A stretch of 64,000 nucleotides of DNA from an uncultured Clostridia bacterium (GCA_947426455.1 CANEEC010000002.1:15430-79429), one strand, 5' to 3'. Positions 40,318 through 50,578 are shown, counted from the first letter of the stretch. The notes: a model not told the origin generated them from the sequence alone. Numbers and translations are program-made.

Positions 40318-41409
40318 TTACAGCTTCAACCCCTTGCGGATCTTGATCATGAAGTCCTGCACGTTGGTCACGATGCTCTTGGCGGCCAGACTTCCCCGGT
40401 CGCCCAGCTTGTTCACGGCAAACTCGGAGATATCCACGGTGTAGAAGTAGACGGGACGCACCGTCTTGTCCGCAAGCACCCGATAGGTGGGCGTCATGTT
40501 GCCGGTGGCGATGGTGTGAAGCATGGAGGCCATGCAGATTACCGTAGTGGCCTTTCGCACACAGTTGCGCATGGCGTCCTGACCGCGGTACACGTCGGCA
40601 TACACCTCCGGCATGGGACCGTCGTCGCGGATGGAACCGGTGAGAACCAGCGGAATGTTGTTCTTAATACAGCTGTAGACGATGCCGTTATCGATGCCTT
40701 CTTCCTCAATGAACCGTTCCATGGAACCGTAGCTGCGAACCTTGTTCAGCGTATCGATGTGATTGTAGTGCCCGTTGCTCATCAACCTCTGCGTGCGGAT
40801 GTCCTGCCCTAAAGCCGTGCCCAGATAGGCTCCTTCCAGATCATGGGTGGCCAGCGCATTGCCCGCTAAAACTGCGTCCACATAGCCGTTTTCCACCAGC
40901 TTGGAAAAGGCTTTTCTCGCGGAAGCGTCGAAGGTGCAGGCAGGTCCCATGACCCAAACCACATAGCCGTTTTCTTTTTCATGGCGCAAAAGATCCTGCA
41001 AAAACCGATAATCCGCAGAAAACGCCGTCTCTCTGGAACGCTTCTGTCGGAATAAAAAGACGTTCTCCGATTCGTTTCCGCTGCCGGCAAACCCATCTGC
41101 ATAGACCAAAATTCCGTCCTCGCCGTTTTCCGTGCGGCCGCAGGCCACCAGATCGCCCCGCTTCAGGTTGCGAAATTCTTTCACCTCGATTCGCCCGTCC
41201 TTCCACACGGCCACGCAGTCCATGCGGCTTTCCTCCGCCAAAACCCATGCGCCGTCGATTTTATAATACTCCGGAAAAATACTGGTGGCATGATAACCCT
41301 CCGGCGCTACGAAGTCCATTTCCGCCGCTTTCCAAACGGCGTCGGGAGCGCTTGCCAATCGTTTCTCTGTAAAATCCGGCGCTTTGTATTTTGTCAACTG
41401 AAATTCCAT
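40318..41409 (-). CDS. TIGR00300-like protein (LOR/SDH bifunctional-enzyme conserved region; possible ornithine-cyclodeaminase-type enzyme)
   Basis: 363 aa. The family was recalled from motifs such as VVWVMGPACTFDASAR..., AVLAGNALATHDLE, and LVLTGSIRDDGPMPEV. The assignment comes from memory only. Confidence 0.4.
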   Translation of the reverse strand: MEFQLTKYKAPDFTEKRLASAPDAVWKAAEMDFVAPEGYHATSIFPEYYKIDGAWVLAEESRMDCVAVWKDGRIEVKEFRNLKRGDLVACGRTENGEDGILVYADGFAGSGNESENVFLFRQKRSRETAFSADYRFLQDLLRHEKENGYVVWVMGPACTFDASARKAFSKLVENGYVDAVLAGNALATHDLEGAYLGTALGQDIRTQRLMSNGHYNHIDTLNKVRSYGSMERFIEEEGIDNGIVYSCIKNNIPLVLTGSIRDDGPMPEVYADVYRGQDAMRNCVRKATTVICMASMLHTIATGNMTPTYRVLADKTVRPVYFYTVDISEFAVNKLGDRGSLAAKSIVTNVQDFMIKIRKGLKL

Positions 41410-41514
41410 ATGTCGTTCATCCTTTACATCAAAACAAAATGTCCAATATAGCGTAATATTTTATCACGTTTTCGGACATTTGTCATCTTACTTCGGTTCA
41501 TTTTTTGTATGTAA

Positions 41515-42396
41515 TTATCCTCTGCGGCAAACCGCCAGGCGGTCATGTCCCGCCAAATCTTTGCGGATATCCGCGCAAAAGCCGTATTCACCCGCCAAAT
41601 TCACGATCCTCTGCCCCTGGTCGTGACCGATTTCCAAAAGCGCCACGCCCTGGGGTTTCAGGAACCAGGACAGTCTGTCAAACAGACGGACATACAAGTC
41701 CATGCCCTCTGCTCCGCCGTCCAGCGCCAGTCTCGGCTCGTGGTCTCTCACTTCCCTCTGCAAGCCTAAAATCACGTCAGTGGGTACATAGGGCGGATTG
41801 GAACAGATCAGATCGAACTGCTTCTTTCCCTTTTTCTTTTTTTCATTGACAGAAAACGGTTCCCACAGATCGCCCTCGAAAAAGGTGATGCTCTGATGAT
41901 AGGCCGCCGCATTTTTCTTGGCCACCTGCAGCGCCTCGGGACTGATGTCCGTAGCCGTCACCTTCACCTTGGGCGCGTAATACGCCAGACTGACGGCAAT
42001 CGCGCCGCTTCCGGTACATAAATCCAAAGCTTCCAACGCTCCCAGCGCCGGCTTTTTCATAGTCTTTAACTCTTCCAACGCCGTCTCCACCAGAAGCTCC
42101 GTATCCTGCCGGGGAATCAGCACCGATTCATCCACGTAAAAACGCAGTCCCATAAACTCCTGAGAGCCGATGATGTACTGCACCGGAATGCCGGAGGCTC
42201 TGCGATCCACCAGCTGAAAATATTCCTCGCAGGTTTCATCCGCCAGGGTTTCCGCGCTGTGTGTAAAGAACCAGCTCCGATCCACCTGCATCAGGTGCAT
42301 CATCAAAAGCTGAGCGTCCAGCATGGGGTCGAGACAACCCTCCTGCTGAAAGCGGTTGGAGGCGATATTGAGTATTTCTTTCACCCGCAGTCCCAT
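41515..42396 (-). CDS. prmC: release factor glutamine N5-methyltransferase
   Basis: It has the DLCTGSGAIAV SAM motif and the SNPPYVP (NPPY) catalytic motif. Confidence 0.92.
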   Translation of the reverse strand: MGLRVKEILNIASNRFQQEGCLDPMLDAQLLMMHLMQVDRSWFFTHSAETLADETCEEYFQLVDRRASGIPVQYIIGSQEFMGLRFYVDESVLIPRQDTELLVETALEELKTMKKPALGALEALDLCTGSGAIAVSLAYYAPKVKVTATDISPEALQVAKKNAAAYHQSITFFEGDLWEPFSVNEKKKKGKKQFDLICSNPPYVPTDVILGLQREVRDHEPRLALDGGAEGMDLYVRLFDRLSWFLKPQGVALLEIGHDQGQRIVNLAGEYGFCADIRKDLAGHDRLAVCRRG

Positions 42397-42397
42397 A

Positions 42398-43435
42398 TTA
42401 TCGTTTCTCCCTCTCCGCCGCTTCCAGATCGGCGCGGCGGGTTACGGTTCCGTCGTCGGCGATATCGGCGATGATCAGTTCCTCGTGATTCCAGTCGTCG
42501 GCGATACAGGCCTTCAAAGCCACGATTGCCACCTCCAGCTGCTCCTTATCGGGGCATCGGGTCGTCAGCTTTTGCAGCAGGATACCGGGAAGCGACAGAG
42601 CCTTCACGATGGCGGAGTCGCTTCGACCCGCCCACTGCAGCACTTCATAGGAAATTCCGGCAATTACCGGCAGAAGCAGCAGCCGCGACACGATTCGCAT
42701 CACTAGATTCGGCCAGCCCAGCAGGGAAAACAGCAGCAGACTGATAATCATGACGAACACCATAAAGCTGGTGCCGCAGCGGGGATGGAGCGTCTCAAAA
42801 GTCTGGGCGTTTTCCGGCGTCAGTTCCAAGCCATTTTCATAACAGTGAATGGTCTTGTGTTCTGCGCCGTGGTACTGAAACACCCTGCGAATTTCGTTCA
42901 TCTGCGCGATGACGGCTACGTAACCCACGAACAACAGAATGCGCAAAACGCCTTCCATCAGGTTCAGCGCCAAATGATTCTGCGTAAGGTTGCGGCAAAA
43001 ATTGATGATAAATGTGGGTAAAATGATGAAAACTCCCACGGTAAAGGCCAGAGCAATCACCACCGACAGATACAGCATCGCCGTCAGCGCCGCCTTTTCA
43101 CCGAAATGCTTTTCCAAAAATAGCGTCAGCTTGTCCTTTTCTTCCTCTTGGGGCGCTTCCTCCTCAAAGCTCTCCAACACCTCAGCGGAGTACATCAAAA
43201 TGCCGCATCCCGTCACCATGGAGGAAATGAAGGCGCCCACGCCGCGAAGGATGGGACTCTTCTTCCAGAAACCCGATTTGCTTCGGAGCGTTACCCGAAT
43301 GCGCATCCCGCCGTGAGGATTTCGGATCACCGTAGCGATGCGATCCGTTCCCTGCATCATAATGCCTTCCATGACCGCTTGTCCGCCGATCTTCGTAGGA
43401 CAGGCGTTTTTAATAAAAATTCTATTTAAATCCAT
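42398..43435 (-). CDS. DUF1385 family membrane protein (commonly linked to prmC/rpmE)
   Basis: [17 protein letters not shown]..., [13 protein letters not shown], and HPRCGTSF are characteristic of the family. Confidence 0.8.
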   Translation of the reverse strand: MDLNRIFIKNACPTKIGGQAVMEGIMMQGTDRIATVIRNPHGGMRIRVTLRSKSGFWKKSPILRGVGAFISSMVTGCGILMYSAEVLESFEEEAPQEEEKDKLTLFLEKHFGEKAALTAMLYLSVVIALAFTVGVFIILPTFIINFCRNLTQNHLALNLMEGVLRILLFVGYVAVIAQMNEIRRVFQYHGAEHKTIHCYENGLELTPENAQTFETLHPRCGTSFMVFVMIISLLLFSLLGWPNLVMRIVSRLLLLPVIAGISYEVLQWAGRSDSAIVKALSLPGILLQKLTTRCPDKEQLEVAIVALKACIADDWNHEELIIADIADDGTVTRRADLEAAEREKR

Positions 43436-44834
43436 CTCTTTCCTCCAGGCCGATCTTCTTCAACACCTGAACAAAATCGCTGTTATTTTTCGTGTGCGCC
43501 ATCTGATCGATGATGCGTTCCGTCACTTCCTGCGTACCCATGTCGGCCATGGCGCGCCGCATGATCCATACGGCCTCCATCTCCTCCTGATTCATCAGCA
43601 GATCCTCTCGTCTCGTACCGGATTTATTCAGGTTGATGGCGGGGAAAATACGCTTCTCTGACAGCTTCCGATCCAGGTGCAGCTCCATATTGCCGGTTCC
43701 TTTGAATTCTTCAAAGATTACGTCGTCCATACGGCTTCCCGTCTCCACCAAGGCCGTGGCCAAAATGGTGATGGAACCGCCTTCCTCCATCTTCCTGGCC
43801 GCACCGAAGAACTTCTTAGGCTTGTGAAGCGCCCCGGGATCCAAGCCGCCGGAAAGGGTGCGTCCCGATGCGGGAACCACCAGATTGTAGGCACGTGCCA
43901 GACGCGTTAAGCTGTCCAAAAGGATCACCACGTCCTTGCCGTGTTCCACCAGACGCTGCGCTCTGGCCAATACCATCTCCGCCACCTTGACGTGATGTTG
44001 GGGAAGCTCGTCAAAAGTGGAGTAGATCACTTCGCCCCCAATGGAGCGCTGCATATCGGTAACCTCCTCCGGCCGCTCGTCCACCAGCAGCACGATTAGC
44101 TCTACCTTGGGATATTTCTTTTCGATGCTGGCGGCAATCTTTTTCAAAAGTACGGTTTTTCCAGCCTTCGGCGGCGCTACGATCAAACCCCGCTGCCCCT
44201 TTCCGATGGGCGCCACCAGATCGATCAGGCGCATGGAAAGATCGCGGGTGCCATCCTCTAAAGACAGCCGCTCTCTGGGAAAGATGGGCGTTAAGCTGTC
44301 GAAATCCGGCCTGCGGATCGCCGCTCCCGGCTCGTCATCATTGACGGTTTTTACGTACAACAAAGCGCCGAACTTCTCGCCTTCGTTGGGTCTGCGGGAA
44401 ATTCCCAGAATTTTATCACCGGTTTTCAGGTTAAAGCGTCGAATTTGGGTAGGAGACACGTAGACGTCGCGCTCGCTGGTAAGAAAATTATGAAACCGCA
44501 GGAAACCGAAGCCGCCTTCGGCGATATCCAAAATGCCTTCCACCTCCGGCCGATCCTGGGTTTTTCTGTCGTATTTCGCTTCTGTTTTCGCTTCGGACTT
44601 TTCCTCTGTGGCAACCGGCTCGGCCTTGGCCTCGCCGGGTGATTCCGCCGCCCGTGCCGCCTGTTCCGCCGCCGCTTTCGCGTCCGCTTCCTGCGCCGCT
44701 TTCGCCGTGTTCAGCAAAAGCTCCAGAAGCTCTGCCTTTTTCAGCTTTTCAAAACCTGTCAGCTTCAAAGCCGCGGCGATTTCCCGCAGCTCCGCTACCT
44801 TTTTGGCTCGCAATGTTTTTTCATCCATATGCAT
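43422..44834 (-). CDS. rho: transcription termination factor Rho (with an A/E/K-rich insertion in the N-terminal domain)
   Basis: It has the Rho N-terminus [13 protein letters not shown], the RNA-binding [14 protein letters not shown], and the Walker A PPKAGKT. Confidence 0.96.
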   Translation of the reverse strand: MHMDEKTLRAKKVAELREIAAALKLTGFEKLKKAELLELLLNTAKAAQEADAKAAAEQAARAAESPGEAKAEPVATEEKSEAKTEAKYDRKTQDRPEVEGILDIAEGGFGFLRFHNFLTSERDVYVSPTQIRRFNLKTGDKILGISRRPNEGEKFGALLYVKTVNDDEPGAAIRRPDFDSLTPIFPRERLSLEDGTRDLSMRLIDLVAPIGKGQRGLIVAPPKAGKTVLLKKIAASIEKKYPKVELIVLLVDERPEEVTDMQRSIGGEVIYSTFDELPQHHVKVAEMVLARAQRLVEHGKDVVILLDSLTRLARAYNLVVPASGRTLSGGLDPGALHKPKKFFGAARKMEEGGSITILATALVETGSRMDDVIFEEFKGTGNMELHLDRKLSEKRIFPAINLNKSGTRREDLLMNQEEMEAVWIMRRAMADMGTQEVTERIIDQMAHTKNNSDFVQVLKKIGLEERDGFK

Positions 44835-44840
44835 TTCCTC

Positions 44841-45854
44841 TTATTCTTTTGTATCCGTTCCATCGCCATCCGTTCCATCGCCTTCTTCTTCCGTTTCCGG
44901 CTCGATGGAATAAATCTGCGTCAGCATTTCGCCGATTTCCTCCGATTTGGGATACACGTAATACGGCGGATTCGGATCTGGAGAGTTGGGAATCAGGTAC
45001 GTTTCAATATCGTCGCCGTCCAGCGACACAGCCTTTGCCGCCAGCTTCACCATCATATCCAAAGTGATATCCGATTCGATGTTATCGAAAATGGTTTCCG
45101 TAGTTTTCAGCAGATTGGATTTTAACAGCTGTTTAAAAGCGGACTTGACGAACTCCTGCTGCGCCTTTACGCGCCCCAAATCGCCCTCTACGTAACCCTT
45201 TCTGTAACGCAGAAACTGCATAGCGTGCTCGCCGTCCAAAACCTGCTCTCCCTTGGGAATGTTGATGTAAAGCGGCGGTTTATCCGTAGGATCGCTGTAC
45301 TTCATGTTAAATTCAATGTTCATGGGCACGCCGCCAATGGCGTCCACAATGTTCTTTACGCCCTCATATTCCACTACCGCGTAGTAGTGCAGCGGCATTC
45401 CCATCAAAATGTCGCTGACCGCCTTGGCCGTATTCACCGCCGAACCGCGGTAAGCCGCGTTGATCTTCTTTTCCGCCGCGCCGTCATAGCCTGTCCTGTG
45501 ATAAAACGTATCTCTGGGAATAGAGATCACGTCCACATGACCCGCCTTCATGTCAAAGCTGGCAACCATAATGGTATCCGTCAGATTGTCGTTGACGCCC
45601 AGCAAAAGGACGTTAACGCGCTCCTTGTCCTGAAACGCTTCAAAGAAAGGACTGTCCTCGCCGACGATGTAGTTCAGGCTGTCCATCAGGTTTTCTTCCG
45701 GCTCAAACAGCTGGACGTTTCCCACAGAACGAAACAGAAAACGCATGGGCGTAAACAACAGCATCATAACTAAAAACGCTGCGGTAAAATACTTGATAAA
45801 ATCTCTGGTTGCACTCTCTTTTTTTATCTTTTCTTTCGTTGTATTCCTTTTCAT
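44841..45854 (-). CDS. LCP (LytR-CpsA-Psr) family protein
   Basis: It has an N-terminal TM segment, plus VNVLLLGVND..TDTIMVASF and SIPRDT. The C-terminus is acidic (GDGTDGDGTD). Confidence 0.88.
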   Translation of the reverse strand: MKRNTTKEKIKKESATRDFIKYFTAAFLVMMLLFTPMRFLFRSVGNVQLFEPEENLMDSLNYIVGEDSPFFEAFQDKERVNVLLLGVNDNLTDTIMVASFDMKAGHVDVISIPRDTFYHRTGYDGAAEKKINAAYRGSAVNTAKAVSDILMGMPLHYYAVVEYEGVKNIVDAIGGVPMNIEFNMKYSDPTDKPPLYINIPKGEQVLDGEHAMQFLRYRKGYVEGDLGRVKAQQEFVKSAFKQLLKSNLLKTTETIFDNIESDITLDMMVKLAAKAVSLDGDDIETYLIPNSPDPNPPYYVYPKSEEIGEMLTQIYSIEPETEEEGDGTDGDGTDTKE

Positions 45855-45953
45855 AGCCGTTTCCCCTGTATCCCCTTATATTTGCTCCAATGCAATCTTT
45901 TTTCTCGCCCTTAGCAGCAGGGCGCACTATTCTCTTATTTTATCTCTTTTTTA

Positions 45954-45994
45954 TAAAAAAAGAAAGAGGATGATGAAAATACATGCCTCTTTCT
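45954..45994 (-). terminator. terminator after the second LCP gene
   Basis: The minus strand reads AGAAAGAGG-loop-CCTCTTTCT followed by T7. Confidence 0.75.
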
Positions 45995-46005
45995 TCTATA
46001 TTTTT

Positions 46006-47025
46006 TTACTGTGCCTCTGTCTCGCCTTCAACAGGTTCTTCTTCCTTTGGACCGTTATAGATCAAATCTATCATTTCCGTTACGGCTTCTTCATCTGCGA
46101 AATAGAAGGACAGTCGTGTGGAATCCCGCTTCGTGGCCCGCGTTCCCGATTCTCCCGGCAGCTTCCAGGTGTTCAGCTGAATGTCCGATCCGATGGCCTT
46201 CGTCGCCAGCTTTGCCGCCGTTGCCCAGGACAGGTCGCTTTCTACGTTTTCCAGCACCGCCCTGGCAATTTTCAGCACGTCGCCCTCCATGGCCTGTTGA
46301 AACGCCGCCTTCATGAAGGCCTGCTGCGTTTTGATGCGTCCCTCGTCGCCGTCGGGGTAGCTTTTATATCCCTTGAAATTAGTCTTGCGAAATCTGAGAA
46401 ATTCCACCACGTTGTCGCTGTCCAGCACCTGCTTGCCCGCCGGAACATCGATATACAGGGGAGGCTTGTCCGTGGGGTCGCTGTACTTCATGTGAAAGGG
46501 TACGTCAAATTCGATGCCTCCCATGGCCGCCACGATATTCTTCACGCCCTTGTAATCCACCGCCATGTAATAGTGAAGCGGTATGCCGTCCAGCACATTG
46601 CTGACCGCCATGGCCATTTTCTGCATTCCGTTTTCCTTTTCCGTGTTGTAGATGCTGTTGATCTTCTGCGCCGCAGAACTTTTAAACTCGCTGCGCTCAT
46701 AGTACGTATCTCTGGGCACGGAAATCAGATCCAGCGTTTTATTTTTCGTATGAAAGCTGGCAACCATGATGGTGTCGGCCATATTGTCGTTCAACCCCAG
46801 AAGCAATATGTTCACCCGATTGTCCGTACCGAATACCTCTTCCTTCTCCGAAGAAAACTTCAAACCCGCCAGCGTCTCGCTGCCTGCAAACATGCGCTGA
46901 GACAGCAGCATGGCTCCGCCCAGAAACACGCTGAACGCCATGAGAAAGGCCAGTCCAAAGCACTGAAAGGCGGTCATCCCCTTTTTCTTCTTTTTTTCTT
47001 CTTTCGTTTTTTCTCTTCTCCTCAC
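46006..47025 (-). CDS. LCP (LytR-CpsA-Psr) family protein, paralog of 44841..45854
   Basis: VNILLLGLND..ADTIMVASF and SVPRDT are present. The probable start is GTG at 47025, which has a GAAGGGGA RBS. The track ORF extends to 47088. Confidence 0.85.
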   Translation of the reverse strand: MRRREKTKEEKKKKKGMTAFQCFGLAFLMAFSVFLGGAMLLSQRMFAGSETLAGLKFSSEKEEVFGTDNRVNILLLGLNDNMADTIMVASFHTKNKTLDLISVPRDTYYERSEFKSSAAQKINSIYNTEKENGMQKMAMAVSNVLDGIPLHYYMAVDYKGVKNIVAAMGGIEFDVPFHMKYSDPTDKPPLYIDVPAGKQVLDSDNVVEFLRFRKTNFKGYKSYPDGDEGRIKTQQAFMKAAFQQAMEGDVLKIARAVLENVESDLSWATAAKLATKAIGSDIQLNTWKLPGESGTRATKRDSTRLSFYFADEEAVTEMIDLIYNGPKEEEPVEGETEAQ

Positions 47026-47295
47026 GTAAATCCCCTTCGTTCCTTGTGTATTTCCTGCTGCAATGCCGCAGCGCAAATTGCGCCGCACCCGTCGGTTTCA
47101 TTTCTCTGTCGGCGTATCAGCTGCTCACCGCGTCCGCCGCTATTAAATGCGTCTCATATTATACCACACTTTTTCGACGGGAAACTACATTATTTTTCTC
47201 TTAATTAAGACGAATTTTCATCCCCTTTTGTTCTCGTTTTAAAAAATTTTTTTGAGAATATTTGTTCTGGTTTTATGTAAACTATTTTCCGGCCT

Positions 47296-47518
47296 TCCTC
47301 CACAGGGTGGTTCCCTATAGCAAAGCCGACTGATTTCAACGGTTTTCGCGATTCTTTTGCAAGGTTTTCCACGGCATTCCAAAAAGTTATCCAAAGCCTT
47401 ATGTGGATAACTTTAAAACTCTAAACTCAAGTATTTTCAATATATTAAACCTGTTTCAAAAAAATCAACCCCAAAAGTTATCCACAGATTTTCTTCTTTC
47501 TGTGGAAACTTTTCCACC
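47296..47518. promoter_or_regulatory. DnaA-box cluster
   Basis: Two perfect boxes: TGTGGATAA (47402..47410) and TTATCCACA (47478..47486). One box has a single mismatch: TTATCCAAA (47387..47395). Four boxes have two mismatches (47296, 47365, 47501, 47510). An AT-rich tract lies at 47235..47290. Confidence 0.65.
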
Positions 47519-47526
47519 GTCCTTTT

Positions 47527-48294
47527 TTACAGCGAACAACTGTCCAAAACGAACAGAGTTTCGCTTCTTGTTTTCCCCGAAAATTCCAAAATTCCTTCGT
47601 AAATAAATTCTGATAATTTACGCTGGAATTCCGCATTTTTCAGATTTTCTTCGTCTGCGGCGTTGGAGAGAAATCCGCATTCCACAATGACCGTAGGTAC
47701 GGTGGGATCCTTCAGCAAAAGCACATCCCTTTTCCCCAGCGCCTCCCTCTTCGTTCCGTCATCCAGACCGGAAATCAGATTGCCCTGAATCGCTTCCGCC
47801 AATCGCTTGCTTTCCTCTACGATGCTCTCCTGCGCCGCCCGGGAAGGATAAAAGGTCTGGGCGCCTCGAACGGAGCGATCCTCCTGAAAGCTGTTTAGAT
47901 GAATGCTCACCGCCAGCATGGGCTTTGTCCTGTCGATCAGTTCCTTGCGATTTCGCAGATCCTCGGTTTTTCTGGTTCGGATCCGCTTTCGCTCATCATC
48001 CCCTTCGTCCAGTCCCACATCCTCCGTACGGGTCATCACCACATTCCAGCCGTCCCGCTCCGCCAGTTCCTTTAACTGCAAGGCGATAGCCAAATTGATA
48101 TCCTTTTCCGCCGTCCCATTTTTGCTGACGGCTCCGCCGTCGAAACCGCCATGACCGGCGTCGATGACGATGGTATCCGCCGCCGTCTGTTTTGCCGTGA
48201 GCCATACCCCGCCCAGCCACGGCGTCCTCGTCATTGAAACGGCGAGTAAAATCAGGCCAACGGCCACAACTGCGCCAATTCTTTTCTTTTCCAT
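47527..48294 (-). CDS. N-acetylmuramoyl-L-alanine amidase (CwlD-like)
   Basis: It has an N-terminal TM segment, plus IDAGHGGFDGGA and SIHLNSF...GAQTFY...ECGFLSN. The ATG at 48294 has an AGGGGGAG RBS. Confidence 0.85.
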   Translation of the reverse strand: MEKKRIGAVVAVGLILLAVSMTRTPWLGGVWLTAKQTAADTIVIDAGHGGFDGGAVSKNGTAEKDINLAIALQLKELAERDGWNVVMTRTEDVGLDEGDDERKRIRTRKTEDLRNRKELIDRTKPMLAVSIHLNSFQEDRSVRGAQTFYPSRAAQESIVEESKRLAEAIQGNLISGLDDGTKREALGKRDVLLLKDPTVPTVIVECGFLSNAADEENLKNAEFQRKLSEFIYEGILEFSGKTRSETLFVLDSCSL

Positions 48295-48480
48295 CCCCTG
48301 TTCTCCCCCTTTGTGATATAATGTTGTTACCCCGCGACTGACGGCTTGATAAAGCCGGCAGAGCGGCGGTAACACAGATACCATAAGCTTCGGAGCTTTT
48401 CCGATTTTGATTTCGCTGTCATGCCGCGTTTCAATATATTCGAAAAGCGCCGTCAAATATGCGTTTTCAAGGAGGATTTC

Positions 48481-49845
48481 ATGAATAAAACCGTTCGGCT
48501 TTACCAACAGGATGTGGATCTGCGGGAAAACGACGCCGTCGTCCTTTCGCTGCTCACCGATCCACAGGAAATTGCCGCTTTGGGAATCAAAGATAAAACC
48601 GTGCAGTGCCTGTGCGTTTTAGATCAGTCCGTCTTCTTTCCCGAAGGCGGCGGCCAGCCAAGCGACCGGGGAACCATCGACGGCTACGCCGTCTGCCATA
48701 CAAGAGAGCTTGACGACATCGTCTATCACCAGATCGATTTGGAGGCCTGCAGGGCCGCCGGTCTTACGGAACCGTCATCCTATTTCACGCCGGGGCGTCG
48801 GGTTCACTGTGAAATCGACTGGAACCGCCGCTTTGACAATATGCAGCGCCACTGCGGAGAACATATTCTCTCCGGCATGTTTTTCCGTGAATACGGCGGC
48901 GTCAATCGAGGTTTTCACATGGGCGACGACTACATGACCATCGACATCAGTCTGGAGGAAAAGCCGGAATTCACCGAGCTGACCATGGATATGGCGCTTC
49001 ATGTGGAGCGCCTGGCCAACGAGGTGATTTGGAACAACCTTCCGGTCATCACCCGTCGCTTCGCCACAAAGGCAGAGGCGGAACAGCTTCCGCTGCGCAA
49101 AAAGCTGGCCATCGAAAAGGATATCTCCATCGTCTGCGTGGGAGACCCCACGAACCCTGCGGATTCCGTGGCCTGCTGCGGCACTCATCCGAAGTTTGCG
49201 GGGCAGATCGGCTTAATTAAAATCTGGAAGGTAGAGGCCAACAAGGGGATGTTCCGCGTATACTGCGAAGCGGGACAGCGCGCCCTGCAGGATTACGATA
49301 CAAAACATGAGATTTTAACAAAGCTGAATCACAAATACAGTGCCAGCACTTGCGATCTTCTGGAAAAAGTCAAAATCGCCGAAGATAAAATGAGCGTCGT
49401 CCGCACGGAATTGTATCAGTTGAAACAATCCGTCATCCGTCAGCGAAGCCAGATGATCAAAGGCGATCTGGAACTGCTGGCGGCGGGAATCACCGGCGGA
49501 CAAGCCGCGCCCGGCGAGCAAACCGCGCCCTCCGCTCTGCAGGGTACATACCTCAACGGCATTTTGCTGTACGAATTCAACGACATGAAGGTGGACGACC
49601 TTCTGACCATCGGCCGACCGCTTCTGGACGAAATCAAAAAACTGGTGCTGATTTTAGACGGTCAGTCCAATACGCTGCTGCTGTTTTCCAACGGGGAGAT
49701 CGACTGCGGAAAGTTGGTGAAGGAAAACGCCTCCATCTACCACGGAAAGGGCGGCGGAAACAAAAACAGCGCCAGAGCGCTGTTTGATAAAAGAGAATAT
49801 GTCGAAACCTTTATCGACCTCATTGAAAAACATCTGCGTTCTTAA
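48481..49845 (+). CDS. alanyl-tRNA editing protein, AlaX-L type (tRNA-synthetase SAD plus DHHA1-like C-terminus)
   Basis: The zinc motifs are HCGEHILSG (HxxxH) and CCGTH (CxxxH). The C-terminus is GKGGGNKNSARA. The ATG at 48481 has an AAGGAGGA RBS. Confidence 0.8.
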   Translation: MNKTVRLYQQDVDLRENDAVVLSLLTDPQEIAALGIKDKTVQCLCVLDQSVFFPEGGGQPSDRGTIDGYAVCHTRELDDIVYHQIDLEACRAAGLTEPSSYFTPGRRVHCEIDWNRRFDNMQRHCGEHILSGMFFREYGGVNRGFHMGDDYMTIDISLEEKPEFTELTMDMALHVERLANEVIWNNLPVITRRFATKAEAEQLPLRKKLAIEKDISIVCVGDPTNPADSVACCGTHPKFAGQIGLIKIWKVEANKGMFRVYCEAGQRALQDYDTKHEILTKLNHKYSASTCDLLEKVKIAEDKMSVVRTELYQLKQSVIRQRSQMIKGDLELLAAGITGGQAAPGEQTAPSALQGTYLNGILLYEFNDMKVDDLLTIGRPLLDEIKKLVLILDGQSNTLLLFSNGEIDCGKLVKENASIYHGKGGGNKNSARALFDKREYVETFIDLIEKHLRS

Positions 49846-49886
49846 AAGAATGCAGATGTTTTTTTACCAAATATTTTGACCATATA

Positions 49887-50513
49887 CTATTCCGTGATCT
49901 GATACTGAATGGCGTTGACGATGGCCGCCGCGATATTGCTGCCGCCTTTTCTTCCCCTGGCCACGATAGCGGGGACGCCAAGCTCGATGATTTTTTCTTT
50001 GGATTCCACCACATTGACAAAACCCACGGGAACTCCGATGACGGCAGCCGGATCGAGCCTTCCCGCCTTCACCAAATCGTAAATGGAAAGAAGGGCGGTG
50101 GGCGCGTTGCCGATGGCAAAGATCACAGGTCTGTCCAGCTTCGCCGCCTTTTCCATGCTCACAAGAGATCTGGTGACGCCTCTTTCTTTTGCCGCAGCGG
50201 CCACATCTTCATCGCCGATAAAGCAGAGCACCTGTCCGCCGTACCTTTCGATCCGTTTCTTATTGATGCCCGCCTGTGCCATTTTCGTATCCGTCACGAT
50301 ATAAGCGCCCGCTTTGATTGCCCGCTGCACTTTTTCAATGATTCCCTCTGTAAAATACAGACTGTCCGCGTATTCAAAATCGGCGGACGTATGAATGCAG
50401 CGCTTGATGACGGCTTCGTAGCGGGGATCCAGCTCTTTGCCGCCCAGCATCTCGCCGATGATTTCGAAGCTCCTTGCTTCAATCTGATCCGGTTTTATAT
50501 TTTCGATTTTCAT
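49887..50513 (-). CDS. cbiC: cobalt-precorrin-8 methylmutase
   Basis: PDQIEARSFEIIGEML..., CIHTSADFEY, and IFAIGNAPTAL match the family. An alternative GTG start at 50582 overlaps the cbiP stop codon. Confidence 0.9.
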   Translation of the reverse strand: MKIENIKPDQIEARSFEIIGEMLGGKELDPRYEAVIKRCIHTSADFEYADSLYFTEGIIEKVQRAIKAGAYIVTDTKMAQAGINKKRIERYGGQVLCFIGDEDVAAAAKERGVTRSLVSMEKAAKLDRPVIFAIGNAPTALLSIYDLVKAGRLDPAAVIGVPVGFVNVVESKEKIIELGVPAIVARGRKGGSNIAAAIVNAIQYQITE

Positions 50514-50578
50514 TGTGTTTATACCTGCCCTTGCCGGGATTTTCCCGTTGGAAATCCCTTCTCCTGTATCTGTTGATT

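Noticed and set aside
44855-44885. A tandem 15-nt repeat (ATCCGTTCCATCGCC x2), considered as a possible CRISPR or VNTR.
   Set aside because: It has only two copies and lies inside the LCP coding sequence, where it encodes the acidic C-terminal GDGTDGDGTD. I saw no spacer-repeat architecture anywhere in the window.
45745-47208. A 487-aa + strand ORF spanning the LCP paralog region.
   Set aside because: It is antisense to the LCP gene at 46006..47025, which has clear family motifs. Its translation is low-complexity and R/H/F-rich. It also crosses a terminator hairpin and an intergenic region.
47100-47526. Possibility that the DnaA-box cluster is the chromosomal replication origin (oriC).
   Set aside because: No dnaA, dnaN, rpmH or other origin-flanking gene is present. 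Genes on both sides run in the same (minus) direction, so there is no switch in strand bias here. I could not identify DnaA-trio or 13-mer unwinding repeats. I therefore treat it as a non-oriC DnaA-box cluster (see findings), although the data needed to exclude origin activity are not available.
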